From positions 1,612,001 through 1,676,000 of the forward strand of contig JAMWBK010000002.1 of the NCBI GenBank assembly GCA_029953675.1: DNA of 64,000 bases. The letters run 5' to 3'. The first letter of the stretch is position 1. Every line of letters starts with the position of its first letter. The position numbers were made by a program, and so were the translations under genes. This document shows positions 24,984 through 38,864 of the stretch, in pieces. The notes below the pieces were generated by a model. The model was not told where the DNA came from. It did not search any database and was given only the letters and a program-made list of their open reading frames with translations. This DNA is from Rhodosorus marinus CCMP1338. Taxonomy: Eukaryota; Plantae; Rhodophyta.

Positions 24984-26128
24984 ATGGCCGTGGTTTACGC
25001 GCTCGACTTCGACGGTGTAATATGCGATAGCTGCGGTGAAAGCTCACTGTCGGCTTTCGAAGCTGCGAAGAGGCAGTGGCCGGATTTGTTCCAGGGTAGG
25101 GAGATTAGAACTCCTTAAGGCATGTCTCTAGATCAGAACTGCGTGATGGCTTCGTTGAGTTGATTTTCCTATTCTCTTGTCAAGATGAAAGGTGGAATTC
25201 AATGCCGGAATGGCTTAGTCAGAAGATGTTTGCAGTAAGACCCATCGTAGAAACTGGATACGAGAACGTGGTTCTTATCAGGCTTCTCGTAGAAGAGCAG
25301 CTGAAATCGGAGAGGTCCGAGATAGGTAATCAACAAAAAGTCTTCAGTTGTCGCGCATGAACCGCGTATTTTGATATCTTACGACAGCTTTTCGGGCACC
25401 GTGAAAAAGGATCGAGGCCGTTAACTGTTGGTGAGATTCTGGTCAACTGGCAGGACATCAAAGAAGGCTTGCTCGAGAAATATGGAGCTACCAAAGATGA
25501 ACTAATAGAGCTGTTCGGCACGACTCGCGACGACTGGATCCGCGACGATGAGAAGTCGTGGCTGGCGGCGAATCGCTTGTAGGTGCTCAACTCTCCCGGT
25601 CGCACTCGCAAGGTGGGCCTAATAATCTAGCGTGTGTCACTTGCTCGGACAATTGCAGCTACCCTGGAGCTGTTTCCGCAATCAACACAGCGACAAAACC
25701 AGTGTTTATTATAACCACGAAACAAAAGCGCTTTGCGAAGGCCCTGCTTGACCATGCTGGTGCTACCGATCTGCCGGAGGAGAACATCTTCGGGCTCGGA
25801 TCGGGTTCGAAAGTCTCTGTAATCAAAAGCCTGCTAGCTCGGCCTGAGTACAAAGGCGCAACAGTTCAGTAGGTTTCCAGCTCGTCGTCGAGCAGCACAT
25901 GTCCCGCGCGTTTTGCATTGAGACTTCGCTAAATTCGTTGGTCTTTTTAGTTTTGTTGAGGACAGACTGGAGACCCTCCAGAGCGCAAGTCTGAGCTTGC
26001 TAGGAGCCAGAGTAATTTACTACCTTGCAAGTTGGGGATACAACACCGAGGCAGCACGGCGGGAAGCGGACGAAGACCCGCAAATCGAACTAATTGATTT
26101 AGTTCAGTTCGAAGCGAAGATGCAATGA
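24984..26128 (+). CDS. HAD-superfamily hydrolase (plant/cyanobacterial At2g45990-like family), multi-exon
   Basis: Motif I YALDFDGVICDS, RPIVETGYE, FIITTKQKRF, HFVEDRLETL, YLASWGYNT; stop TGA 26126-26128. Confidence 0.88.
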
Positions 26129-26855
26129 AGCAGTCTGTCGTCAAGCGGGCATCGAGAAGGCTCCAGCATTTGCGAACCCGTTGGCAATCTGATCGCATGA
26201 TCTGCTCGATTGTCCTGGATCCACGAAAGAGTCAATCATTACACGACAGAGATCTAAAATACAGAAAAATATTCGAATTCCGCGATCCGATACAAAATCA
26301 GAAAATCCTAATTCCGCAATCCCATACAGATATCCTCTTTCTGCGATTGGGAATTTGAATGCCAATCCAGAAAACCGACGAGGAGATATTCTCCAGCTCC
26401 TTTAAGAGTTGGCTTCTTTTGTTTGCAAAGAGACGAATGCATAGCTAGTATACTTGGCTCTCCAACTGCACTTAAAACCTTCCAGTTCCAGATTGAGAGA
26501 TCCAGCCCCCTACTTTCGCTGAGGCCTCAGTACAAGAACACCGCTAAGATACTAATCGTGATGGAGTCATTCTGGCCTCGAGAATTCTAGAAAATGAATA
26601 TACCCTAATATTATTCTTCTAGTATAAAACATCTAATACCAAGTCCTTAATTTTGAAACATCTAACGCAAATTATGATTTTTTGTCGAGATTGGGTTTGC
26701 TTAGTATGGCGGGAAGCTCGAATGCTCCTCGAGGTGGATGGGATTGGAGCAGTGATCGTGGGGGGAAGATTGCTCTTTGAGCGTGCTTGTAGGCGCGTGT
26801 AAAAACTAATGATTTGCCCCTTTGGCCTCGAATTTTAAACGGTCATGTAGAGGTG

Positions 26856-28624
26856 ATGGTTAATGTTCTGGAATGCCCGCTTGGTCGGCGACAATTCAAC
26901 TCGCTCAGGGCCCTGAGAGACAGAGAGACCAAGTACGAGCAGGGTGAAGAGAAGCGGAGACTTCTGTTCGAGCTCTGGCAGGAGTTTGGAGAGCTTGGAG
27001 GGCGTGCATTTACGAATCAACCACATCCCTCTGAGTTTAGGGGTGGATATGGGCGATCTAGGCAGGTCCTCGCCTCTTTGGAGAATATCGGGTTTGAGAA
27101 TGACGGAAGTTTGTTCTCCCTTGCTAGCTCAGATGGGCGCATTGAAATCCATGAGTTTGAAGCGGTGCTCATGGGCTGCGAATCTCGTCGAGTCTCACTA
27201 GATACTGGTGCGTCGCCAAAAGCTCGGTAACTCCTCACTCCTTTTCTTCCTCACATGGCGTAGTCCTGAATCTTCGATCTTCGATACTCTCTTCCAGGCC
27301 TTAAAAGCTGTATAATCGGATGTCAATTCAATACGTCGAAAACAAATGAGCTTATTCTCGGATTTCAGAGGAAAGCCGGAATTTGGTTTTTTGATCTGGA
27401 GACTTGCAGATCGACCAGGCCGACCAAAGAGGTCGCGACTGGAAGCCCTACAAGTGCGTTGAGCTCTTTTTCTGGAGACTTACTCATCCACGGTGGGGCA
27501 AACGGAGTATTGAAACTGTTTGACATGAGATCGACTGCTCGAGAAGCCCAATTGGTCTGGGATTTAGGAAAGGAATATCAGAATCCCTCGATCACGGCGG
27601 TGTCTCCCGCGGATTGTTTTGGGAGCTCTTTGGTAAGCATCGTTGTTCTTGGAAACCGTAGAGAGCGGGAACCGACTCCTAATTGCTTCTTTTTCTTGAT
27701 TGTTCATCAAGATCTGCGCGACACATTCAGTGCGCTCAGAGCATCCGAGTGCAGCCTACTGCTTCGACCTGAGAGGGGCTAGTTCGTCCTCATCAAGTGA
27801 TCCCGTCTTCTTAAAAAAGCTTTTCCTCGGGGACTCAAGGGTTGACACGCTGCGCTTCATTGAAGGCTCCGCAACTGACGTAGCGGTGATCTTCAATAAT
27901 GGCCGCTCTTCAATTCTCGATATGCAAAAATATTCGGTAAGTGATGGTGGATCTTTCAGCGCTATTTCCGACCGCTCGGAGCTGATACCAATACGACTAC
28001 TTCTACGGCAGCTTAAAGATCTTCTGGATCGTCCCGCTGTGGACGCCTCTGCCTCAAGAAGAGGAGTCAAAAGAAAATTAACCCAAAATGCGATGATCTC
28101 ACGGTCGACAGAAGTGACGGCGAGCCACCCACTTTCAATTCTTCAACAGGTATCCGAAACCTGATTAGCCTTCTGCCCTAAGTTTACGAGATATTCTTTG
28201 TTTCACACTGGCTGACGACGAGGTTTCTTCTTATGTATCGCTTGTTCACTGCGCTCAGTATACAGTTGGTTTTTCAAGTCGGCGGCAGTGTAGTCTTCGT
28301 CGAATTGGCTCGCTGATGGCTCTCTTGACGGATAGTCGCCTTCCTGGCCGGTTGGATGTGTTTGATACACGAAGTCGTCATCTTGTATCAGGGATCAAAT
28401 GTACAGCGCAGGAACGTATCAGCGGCATCGCTTGCCATCCTACCCTTCCGTACTCCGTTGTTGGATTCTCAAACAACACAGTAGAGGTGAGGAATGTGAT
28501 TGGACGCCGTCCATTCTTTATGCTTCGGTGTGGTTCTCTTCCAGCCTCTCACCTAAGTCTGTTCGCCCGTTAGGTGCTCTCACATATGCCCAAAGTTTCT
28601 GAAGCGGAATCCGAGGCAGCGTAA
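26856..28624 (+). CDS. WD40-like beta-propeller protein, multi-exon; start uncertain (alternative ATG at 26706)
   Basis: FSLASSDGRIEIHEF, HGGANGVLKLFDMR, RLDVFDTR, ISGIACHPTLPYSVVGFSNNTVE; last exon VLSHMPKVSEAESEAA* ends at 28624. Confidence 0.65.
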
Positions 28625-28989
28625 GACTTCGAGTGTTACAGAGCTGAATAATGGGCTAGGAAGTCGTTAGTCAATTCGACGAAGGCTGCCGAACAACCTC
28701 GTTCCCACACCAAAGATCGCGAAATGATGCAAGTCGCAGGCCCTGAGCTCGGGAATCGGAGCAGAGCCGCGAGAGCCAGTGTCAAGACCAACGGAGTGAT
28801 GACTGATGATAGGATCGAGTGGCGACCTGATCGCTGTTTTTATTTGCTTATTTTTAAAACGAAAATATTGACATGTGCGCGCTGTTCCTGGCAAGGGGAG
28901 TTCTTTCCCTACCCCAAGGTTCGGAATGCACGTGGAACAGAATGCCTTTGATACAACAAGGAAATAGAGAGGACGTCGTCTGGAAATCC

Positions 28990-31900
28990 TTAGATAAGTC
29001 TTCTTACAGCGAGTCTCGAAGAAGTGAAAACGATCTTGTCTTCCTCTTCCAAGAGTTTGAGCGCCTTTTTCATTTCCGTCTCCTTGATACGCACGCTGGC
29101 ATCCTCGTTTGTCTTCTGCAGTAGCATGTTCAGACGAACGTCACCGCCTGGATAGGAGCAGGATACTGTGAGACACAAGATCGCTCTGCCGTTCCTGCAC
29201 AATACTTCAAGGTGCGTGCATGCTCACCTGATTCCCAGTTAGATAAGGTGGCCCAGAGCATGTTGGCCAGATCCCTGGCCTTTCCTCTTTGGTGGGCCGA
29301 CTGGCCGGCGTTTAGCAAGTCAATGTCCAGCAGTCCAGTTGTCGGGTCAGTAGCCACCTGAGCGATTGCACTGACCATCAAGCGATGGGCCTCATCGACG
29401 TCCGATACCTCAACGACCTCGCGCAGCTCAAGCTTAGCTCTAGCCTCTGACATCCTAACCAGACTTTCAAGGTTCCGAGGAGTCGCGGTAACCGTCCGGA
29501 CACCACCAACTCCTTCTCCACCACGCTTCCGCATCGCCACGTAAAGTTCGACAAGTTTGTCGGACGCTGCGTCGGATAGCCTAGGCTTGACCTGACCGAA
29601 ACAACAATTCAAAGAGCAAGCAAGGCAGAGCTCAGTATGCAATAAAAGCACGAATACCAAACTCAAAATAAGAGCACAGTGACGTTTCCAGGGGCGAGTT
29701 TCATTCTATGCCTGTACCTTTTCTCGTGCGTAAGCAATGTATTCAAGAAGCTTCTGTCCTCCAATGCTGGTGCCAATATACGATGTTTCGTTGCCGCTGG
29801 CGTTGTTGTTGTTGTCGTAGAAGAGGGAGACGATATGCTTCGCAAGCCTCTTGTCCGACTCGATGTCAACTTGGTCCAGAATCAAAAAGATGAGGTCGAA
29901 ACGAGACAAGAGCGTGGGCGGAAGTTGAATGTTGTCTACAACGGTCTTCTTGGGATCGTATCTACAGTTTCAAAAAGCGAGGGGAGGCGAATGTCGGGAT
30001 TGTCAGGAATACGAGCCCAGGCCACAGGCCAGAAGAACTGAGGACTCTGCGAGTTGTTTGATAACCCACCTTGAGTCTACAGGATTCGCCGCTGCCAGAA
30101 GTGAAGTACGGGCGTTCAAAGTAGCAATGATACCTGCCTTAGCAACTGAGATGGTCTGCTGCTCCATTGCTTCGTGAAGAATTGATCTGGTGTAGTCACT
30201 CATCTTGTCGAACTCGTCCACGCAGCAAATTCCTTGGTCTGAGAGCACCAATGCACCAGATTCGAGAACGAGCTCCCCGGAGTCGACATCGCGAGCGACG
30301 TAAGCTGTGAGTCCAACAGCAGACGATCCACTTCCAGACGTGTAGATTCCTCTCGGCGCTAGGCGATGCACATATCGCAGAATCTGACTCTTACTGGTCC
30401 CCGGGTCTCCGACGAGCAGGACATTAATCTCGCTGCGAATTCGACCCCATCCCTTGTCAGAAAAGTCTTTCTGAGACCCTCCGAAAAGCTGCAGGAGGAC
30501 TCCCTTCTTAACGTCATCCATGCCGTAGATTGAAGGCGCGATGGAAGCTGCGAGGCGCTCGTAAACGTTCTCGGACCTCGCAACTTCTGCCATTCTCTCA
30601 TCTCGGGATGTTTCATCTTCTAGCACATCACCGTCTGCTTTGGACATCGTCACTTTCACGTGAATAAGGTCCAGATACGTCCTGAAGACATTGCGAACCG
30701 TCCGCTGCCTCTGGCTTATCCTCATGGGCACTGCCCTGAAGATACCTAGGGACAATCAGAATAGGTGCACGACAGCGTTCAGAAGAGCGTCCACTTTTTC
30801 CGACAGTTTCGGGAAGGGCTCCTCACCTGTTATGTCAACCCTATCTCCCGGTTTGACGCTGTCCACAAGCGACTCGTACGCGATAACGGTTACAGTAGAT
30901 GGCGTCTCACCCTGCGGAATAGATTCGGGTGCTTCCTGGATCTTGACCATCTGCTTGTCGTTGAACATGCCCCTATTATGAATCATCTCGAAAGAGCTTC
31001 GGCTGTCGCAGTTCACGCAGACAACGGGTTCTACCAGGAGGCCCCTATCGACATCCACTGCCTCACTATGACCGCATCGAATGCATCTGTAAAAACCTCG
31101 ATAGAGATCCGGCACGACCTATCGACAGGGCATATTTGATTGATGTTTAAACGACGGCGACATCGCTAAGTATCCGGCGCGTCGTGTCGATCTCAACTCC
31201 CGCCTGCAAGAACATGTAGTGCTGGTCTCACCTGCGAACATCGTATAACCATTCCCCGGATGCCGATCACCTGGTTGATAAGCGTTGGATCTAGCTCTCG
31301 AAGGGAATACATTTCTTTCTCCCTCAGGTTAAACGTTCGTACTTCAATCGGTTTATCTTCGTTGAACTTTTCACGGTAGAAACTCTGGATGGCCAGGTCG
31401 AAGATTCCGATTATTTCTGTGGGAAAGTTGACCAACATCGTGTATAAAGCGGGCTCATGCTCTAGGAGGTGTTGCAAATCTACGTTCACCACAGACTCCT
31501 CAAGATCGTGGGCCTTGTCCAAAAGCTGAGTTTGATTAGAAAACGGCGAATGTTAGAATAGTCCGTTTCCCCGGCATATTTTCCTCGCTTTAATAGCTTG
31601 CTCTATTACCCTGCTGTAGTATGCAGCTGTATCGGAATACCCTTCGCCTGGCTTGTAGTTCTTGAGGAACTCTGTGAGTTTGTCAAAGCACTCGTCAACG
31701 TTGACGTCTGTTCCCCAAATGACACGCTTTGGTCGGTTGGAAGTTCCCCCTGTAGATGTACCGTCATCATCCGTCATCGGCGTCCTTGCATCATGTACCT
31801 CGTTCAGTGTCCCTCTTGGCAGGTCGATATGTCGAGGAGATCTTGTAGGTGTCGGAGGGGCTGATGGTGTTATCGGCGCTGGCGTCGGATCCACCGCGTC

Positions 31901-32023
31901 CGTATCTCCTCCCGAGGTCGTCGAATAACGTCCTGGCGTCTCAGGAACCATAGCACGATCGTCAACATTCGAGTCCCCACTGTCTGGAGTCATCGAGTTG
32001 ACTGAGCGCTCCTCTGAAGCCAT
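28990..32023 (-). CDS. MCM4: DNA replication licensing factor MCM4, multi-exon
   Basis: IWGTDVNV, zinc finger CIRC...CVNC, Walker [34 protein letters not shown], arginine finger [23 protein letters not shown]; S/TP-rich N-tail typical of MCM4. Confidence 0.96.
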
Positions 32024-34448
32024 ATTCTGTATCGGGAGTCGCAACCTTTCGTCCTTGCAAAAAACGCAAAAAACTCCCCACCCAAACCAATTTCAATTTC
32101 TCTCCTTTCCTCACCAGCAACCCCAAACTAGATGCTCAAAGTTCCCATGGCAGCACTCTCGCCGGTACCCCTCAACCCCAGTCCAAAAGCTGATCTCTGT
32201 GTTTAGGTCAGCTTCTTTCACAGTCGTTGCCACACCCACGCTATCGATTTGCAATCCTTTCCCGCAAACGTAAGCCCAACATGAAAATTCAAAGAAAACA
32301 TGTTCCTGAGCATTGAACGAAACAAATAGGCGGGAACAAAGCACTCTTCTTGATATCATCAAACGCGGGAACACCTTCTATTGGTATTCATCGGAAAACC
32401 GGCAGAAAGTTATTGTTCAAATCAGTACTACCTAGGTCTCGTTTGGGCCAACAATCAGCAAGATCCAGAGAGATATGAGCGGGACGCGTATTCATTGGAC
32501 ATAACCTCACCAATAACCAATTATAGCCCTCCAAATACTTTGTTGTTTTTTTTGGGCGGGGGGTGGGGGGGGGAAACCACTTCTTGTTCGCCTTGGAGGA
32601 TTGCTCATTAATAGCATCTTTTACAGTTCAAGCATGTGCAACAGGCAAATGTGCTTATCAGACTAAATACTCTGGGAGCACAAACCTACCGAAAACGCAT
32701 ATTGCACTCTTTAGACAATAATTCGGCGTACACCGCCAGGGACAACACCGTCTTTTGGTTTCCGTAGGCACCGGCTTGGGCTCTGGTGGAATGGGATGGC
32801 AAGTGTTGAGCAGTTTAATAAGGATTATCGTGATCTAGGGAGACTGACAGGGCTTCTTTAGTCCGGGGTTTTCGCGGTCGCGGTGCTCGCACCGCATTCC
32901 TTCAGTTCTTCACAAGGCTTGGGACTGCAGCGAACCAGCCGTGGCTAGATACAGCATTAATAGAGTTCCTCGCGATGGGATATGGACCGATTCATGGATA
33001 TAAATTTGAATTTTCCTAGAGCCGCCGATACGGCGAAAAACTAAGTACGCTAAGACTGGCAAGGCTTTTCGAGGCAGATTTCCCAGTCCAAGTCTTTTCC
33101 GGCGGAACGTGGGTCTTTGCGTTCCATGAGAGCATGATCCATAGTTTACAAGAGTCCGCGCTTGGTGGTTTTCGCCTGGTGCACTGGACATGTAGTTCTG
33201 CGTAGCTCGAAACAGGAATTGATTCGACTTGGACAATCAAGGTCATGCCTCTGGAGGAAACCCGTACGTGGGATGGTACAGACTATTGAGCATGTAAAAC
33301 ATCGTTCAGCGCCAACATTGGTTGTTGATGAAATTGATTTTACTGGCATCTCTTGGCACTTGAAAACCCCACTTCTTCCCGGACCCCCACAAATCTTCGG
33401 ATTTAAAACCAATGCATCCAAGCTTTTTCGACTGTGGCATCTTTTTTGAAAACCACTGGGCAGATGCTGCGGTCTACAGGAAACAGGTCTGCTCGCGGAG
33501 TCGAACGCGCTGGAGTTTTCATGGTCTAATTCTGCATGTTCCCTTAAAACGTTTTCTTCGATAAAAAAAAGCCAGTCCATTTATCATGCGATTCAAAATA
33601 CGAAGCTCCTCTCGGGCGCAGACAAAAATGACTATGAGTTTATGAGCTAAGCTTCAATCCGAGGATATTCTCGTCCATGGATTTACTCCAGATATGAAAG
33701 CTCCAAATGCGCGCGCATTGTATGGCCATGACGGTGAAGCAGCTCGAGCTCACCTCTGCGTTCCCGTCGTACAGACTTGCTTGGAGACTGGCAACCCATC
33801 GGCGATCTTCCACTATCATCAAGTCGAATGCGGAAAACGTCCTGAACGGAGAATCACTCCTGGAGGGAGTCGCCATGAGTTCCTGACACTCTGTCAATGA
33901 GGTCTAACGGGCGTCCCAAACTAGCTGGACTTCAGGTAGACCTTTCAAGACCTCCGTCACAGAGCGCCTACACTCATGGCGCCTGACCGGTAGATCCATG
34001 CTCTACGCGAAGCCTGTAGGGACATTGTTCGCCTTCATTGCTTCTTCAGTGGAAAAATAACATATCAAAATTCGCAGCGTTCAGCGACTAGCCTGGATGG
34101 CTAGTTCCCTGGAGAAGAAGTCATCGCAGTTCACAGACTAACCCTTAGGGCCGCGTAGCCTTTCTTCGGCACCTACCTACTGCAGCGCAACCCTAAGCCC
34201 AGTTGGTTTTAACTAGATGCTGAAGAAGGAACCAGGGCAACATGACCTGCACAGATAGGCAGCAAGTCCTTGGTTGTCGCTGACATGCTAGTGAATACAC
34301 CAGCAAGTGGATGTCAAATATACATTCCTCATTACGGACAGATGCCTAATTTATTGTCCAATTTAATTCATTGGTGCTCAAGAAGTATTCCTGATTCACA
34401 GGAAGATCCTGAATCATCATCGGCTAAGATTCCAGAAAACATCCCCCA

Positions 34449-34482
34449 GGGGGGGGGGGGGGGCGGGGTGGGGTAGGGGTGG
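34449..34482 (+). other. Poly-G tract, potential G-quadruplex
   Basis: G15-c-G4-t-G4-ta-G4-t-GG upstream of the TKL kinase gene. Confidence 0.7.
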
Positions 34483-35113
34483 TCAATATTTAGTATCTTC
34501 AAATCTCAAAAAGGGGGGATTCGTTCCAGAAGGGTCCCATTGGTTCTCCAACCTCAGTATTTTTCTCTGATTGTCGTACTCTTGGTTTAATATAGAATCT
34601 TATTCTCATGTCCCATTTTCTAGGTGGATGTCGTTAAGTGGTTGGGCCGAAATGCGTTCTCATTGGGGTCGTTGAAATAGGCGAAGCTCGATGACTTGTG
34701 CTCTTGCCGAACGGGGGAGAGAGTTTCACACAGGCTTTGATGGAGGTGGATGTGGTATGAACGTTGTGCGGTGGGACGTGAACGAGTCTTGATAGGGTGG
34801 GGGTGTTGCATGGGTTATGGTGTGGATTAGTTGTCAGGGTAGACTCCTTGTCGGATAGTTGAGTCTTCGATCGGCTTGGTCGGGTGCTGTGTGCAGGTGC
34901 TTGTTTGTGTAGGCGTTAGGAGAAGCTCGGGGGTTGAGGAATTTGGAGTAATAGCGACCGACTGCGTTTGACGGAGCGTCTGCTTTTCTTGTTGCGTTAT
35001 GCATGAGTGCTGTTTGGGCGTCTCTGAGAGGAGATATTGAAGGAAGGAGCTAAGCTCCTGGTGAATTTCGTATTTTTGTATTTTTATGGAATTTTTGAGG
35101 GATTTGTAGAATC

Positions 35114-36537
35114 ATGTTCACCGCGAGGGAGCAAGAGGCACTTGACGGTAGGCGGGATCCGTAACCACCTAATTTCGGTGTTTATTTTGCTGATACTTCC
35201 GAGTTTTGGAAATCCTCTCTACCGCGCGATCGACATTGTGGAACATAGAGGTGAAGAAGACCTTCATCAAAAGAGGGTTTCTGATCCAACAGGCGGAGCT
35301 TGATCTGATTAAGAGTGTTGGCAGAGGAGCTGCTGGTCAGACGTATTTGGCAAAGTACAAGGATCATGACGTGGCTGTCAAGAAGTATTCTCAGGATATT
35401 CTTCGAAACGATTTACCTTCGGTCATCAACGAGATGAAGTTCATGCTTGATCTTGAACACAAGAACATTGTTCCGTTCGAGGGCATTGTGCTGGAGTTGG
35501 AACCTCCGTCGGTTATGCTTGTCTCCACTTTCGCAATTAACGGTGATCTTTTGGACGCAATCCATCGAAGGAAGAAGTTTGCTGATAGTCCCCTTGAGGA
35601 GAAAGTGGTGACTGCCATGGGTATTGCCGAAGGGTGTGCAAGTTCACGAGTCGCTTGTTCATGCGACCACAGATATCTACTGTTTGTCGGTTTGGGCCTT
35701 GGCCTCTGATTTTCTTCGACGTGCGCTTATTGCTTCTCCTTACTTGATTCGTTGCACAGGCTGCAGTTTATTCATAAGGCTGGAATAATCCACAGAGACG
35801 TGAAGTGTGCCAACATTTTGCTGAGCGATAGTATGACTCCTTGGATAGCAGACTTTGGCTTCTCACGTCTCATAGATCGCGTTAATACAATGACTGGCGA
35901 GACCGGAAGCTACCGATACATGGCGCCAGAGGTCATCAAGGCCTCAAAATATTCCGACAAAGCTGATGTTTACAGTTTTGGGGTATGAACGGTATTCAGT
36001 CGAATGCGCTCTCTTCTATCTTCGCTCGCCAGGTTACTGATTGTGATATCTTCGTTTCAGGTATGTATCAACGAGCTTTTCACCAACGAGCAACCTTTTC
36101 GCGGCACCCAACCCTACGAAGCGGCGAGGAACGTGGTTCTGCTCGGTGTTCGACCAGATTACAGGCGTGTACCGAACGTAACACTGCAAAAACTTATTAG
36201 AGCATGTTGGCAGGCTAACGAGAGTCGAAGGCCTAGCTGGTCGTTGATTGTCGGAGTGCTTCAGGAAGTCCTGGATGATATTGAGATGGAGAAGAAGCTA
36301 GAGGCTACTAGGATTGCCGAGAACAAGAGAGAGTTTACGAGAGTCTCTGACACCATTCGAGGTAGGACTGACAACGATAGGGAGAGGAGCAAAGCCGAAA
36401 AAGATCGTGATTCTGGAAAACCATCAAGCGACAACGACGACAGAGGGGTGCAACGCAATGAGGATCCCCGAAATCATCAGCCGGGGACTGATAATGACAC
36501 TGGCATACGTGGCTTTTTCAGAAAATTCAAACGATAG
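35114..36537 (+). CDS. Tyrosine-kinase-like (Raf-like MAPKKK) Ser/Thr kinase, multi-exon
   Basis: GRGAAG, VAVK, HRDVKCANILL, DFGFSR, MTGETGSYRYMAPE, DVYSFG; first exon MFTAREQEALD joins in phase via intron 35148-35203. Confidence 0.9.
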
Positions 36538-36959
36538 CGAGTCGAGCAACAGAACGCATGTACTTCGCACGAACGTACACTTGATCGCCGACGTGCGCGT
36601 TCCATGATTGCATATGGTTCATGCAGTTTTGACTTCGATACTAGAATCATGGAGATTGTCAGTCGAGGACTGCTCCTGAGCGTGCGTGGAGCGATGAGAT
36701 GTCCACGACTCACGACGACCCTCTCCTAAGCTTGATAAGGTATAACTATCCTGCCGACATAATCGTTGGCAGCAGATGGTTTAAAATCTGAAAGAAAAGG
36801 AGAAGAGGAGAGTTTTCGTTCATAATGGTGCTTTGAATTCTTCCAGAGCGCTTGTCTGCTTTGCGGGGGAAAAAAGACAATTAAACGAAAAGCAGAACGC
36901 GTTCAGAAGCGATGCTATCTGTCAGACCGAAGATGCAATATTGAAAGTACACCTATCAC

Positions 36960-37200
36960 CATTTCTAGAGGAAAACGCTAAGTTCGCAACTTCTATTGTC
37001 CTGTAAGGTGTATGGTTGCTCAGCCTCTGAAGCAATGACCGAAGCGTTGATGATTTCCACACGACGACCGGATGCAGCGCAAGTGGGAACCCCAATTGAT
37101 CACCTTTTTTTGGGCGTTTGCTTGGACTCAGTGAGTACAGAAGGTCTAATAACACTATCCTTGAACCAAAAAAAGCGATTCTACTGAGCATGGATAAACC
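36960..37200 (-). mobile_element. Possible degenerate non-LTR reverse-transcriptase fragment (CRE-like)
   Basis: KKGDQLGFPLALHPVV resembles the QGDPLGPLLFxLALHP motif of CRE-type RTs; no intact YxDD. Confidence 0.3.
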
Positions 37201-37920
37201 GATACTACCCACTAGCCTACAACAGTCAGGTTCATGTTTACCTACGCCATGGAGTGGTTCGATTGTTTCCTTTCTCACTGTTGGGTATCATTTTTCAAAT
37301 AAAATCCTAACCAGTATGCAGAGGCGCAGCGTTGCTCCTAGTGGAATTTAGGTCGAGACAATAGACCTGACCTAAATTCATTGTTACAAGTATGTCTCTG
37401 CGTAAATAAGTACAGTTTGACACATTGTCAATATTGTCAATATTATTGAACAAAAACACGACAAAGCAAAGCGCCCCTTTCCCCCCCAAAGCAACCCCTT
37501 TTGTCTGGTGTGCAAATTTGTCATCTCGGAAAAAGCGTCTCTGGACAGCTGCACCACAAACGGCGTCGGAACATCCATCAGGTTAGCAGCAAGATTTTGA
37601 ATATTCGGATCCATTATTATGAATACTCGTTAGTATAGGACGGTGTCTGGATTAGTGAAAAGAATAGTGCTTGAATTGGTTAAGGTCTTTTTGGAATATG
37701 CTCAGTTTTAGGACAGGGTGTTCTGCGAGGGTTTAGATTAAGAGCCGGAAAAATCCTTTCGGGGTTGCAGTGCTTTCGGACTCATAATACAATAGGAGTG
37801 GAGAGCGCTTGAGATCGATGGAAGGGCATCAGACTATGGACTTGGCATGAGCGTTGCTTAAGGGCTGGAGTTTAGAGGGTTTAGTCTTCACGGCTGGACA
37901 AAAGGTTCAGGTGAAACGTA

Positions 37921-38864
37921 ATGGAGTTGGAGAGAAGTTTGAGTTCCGTCAGCTTCCGGGACTCGACTGATGGAGATATCTATAGCAGGCGTAGTTCTAC
38001 CAGAGCTCCTCGAGTAACTCCACTCTCTGGGAACTTTGATGAGTCCCCTAGAAGCGGTCGAGGAATTCTGTGCGGGGGCCGAATGTCGTCTGAACGGAGG
38101 TCGTCAGAGCGCAGATCATCAGAGAGGAGAAGCTCCCAGGGCCCTAAGAATGGGCCCAAGTCTCCAAGAGCTGGGACAAGGAGGTTACGTCGATTCTACA
38201 ACAACATCATACTGAGAGGAGGTGCGGACCCAGATGACTTGGCCGACCCGGAGAAGATGAAGAAACTGGTCGAAGTGAACACGCCGTCAATGTTTGAAGG
38301 ACTTGTTGAACGGGCGGAAGACAGAAAGAGGATAGAGCCATTTCTGTATATAACTGAAGTTCAGCAGAGGGAGCGGTTGTACTTTCTAGACTATGATAAG
38401 AAAGGCAACAGGAACAGAAGAAAACGTGATCCTTGCAGACCAGATCTGAGGTACCAGAAAATTGACCGGTGCGCAACAGCAGGACTTTTCGCGTAAACTC
38501 TTCTGTGTCATCCACACCTGCTCATGTACCCTTCGTTTGACACTCGCTCCGTTCACGCAGGAAAGTACGAGAGCTCATACGCACAAGGACTGAGCATGTG
38601 CTGGAGGTATTGGATATGATTGAGGGAGATGTGAGGGCCAACCTGGAAGTTGGTGTTATTCTAGAACTTGATGACAGCATGTGCCGCATGGTTGTTCACG
38701 GACTTGCCCAGTTTTATGGAATGCACAGCTTCAGCGAAGATGGATATGATGGGAGAAGACTGACAGTTGTGAGGCCAACCAAGAACACCATAACTCCAAG
38801 AGATACCCTGCGAAACTATATCACACAATGCCATAACTGTACAGTTATATCTGGGGTGTCTTGA
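37921..38864 (+). CDS. R3H-domain protein with R3H-associated N-terminal domain (R3HDM4-like)
   Basis: RRLRRFYNNIIL...IEPFLYITEVQQ; R3H core CRMVVHGLAQFYGMHSFS...RLTVV; SSERR x3 repeat; one intron at ~38448-38559. Confidence 0.85.

Noticed and set aside
31525-31600. Apparent GC-AG intron in MCM4
   Set aside because: A canonical AGG|GTAATA donor gives an in-phase join (YYSR|LLDKAH)
1-32023. TOP2, MCM4 and a RING protein as a replication gene cluster or endogenous giant-virus segment
   Set aside because: Interspersed with unrelated host genes (NPL4, UTP6, HAD), intron-rich, and no viral hallmark genes
33146-33900. 144-aa minus ORF, and a plus-strand VKQLELTSAF resembling copia RT
   Set aside because: No recognisable domain or consistent exon structure; the motif is a marginal match
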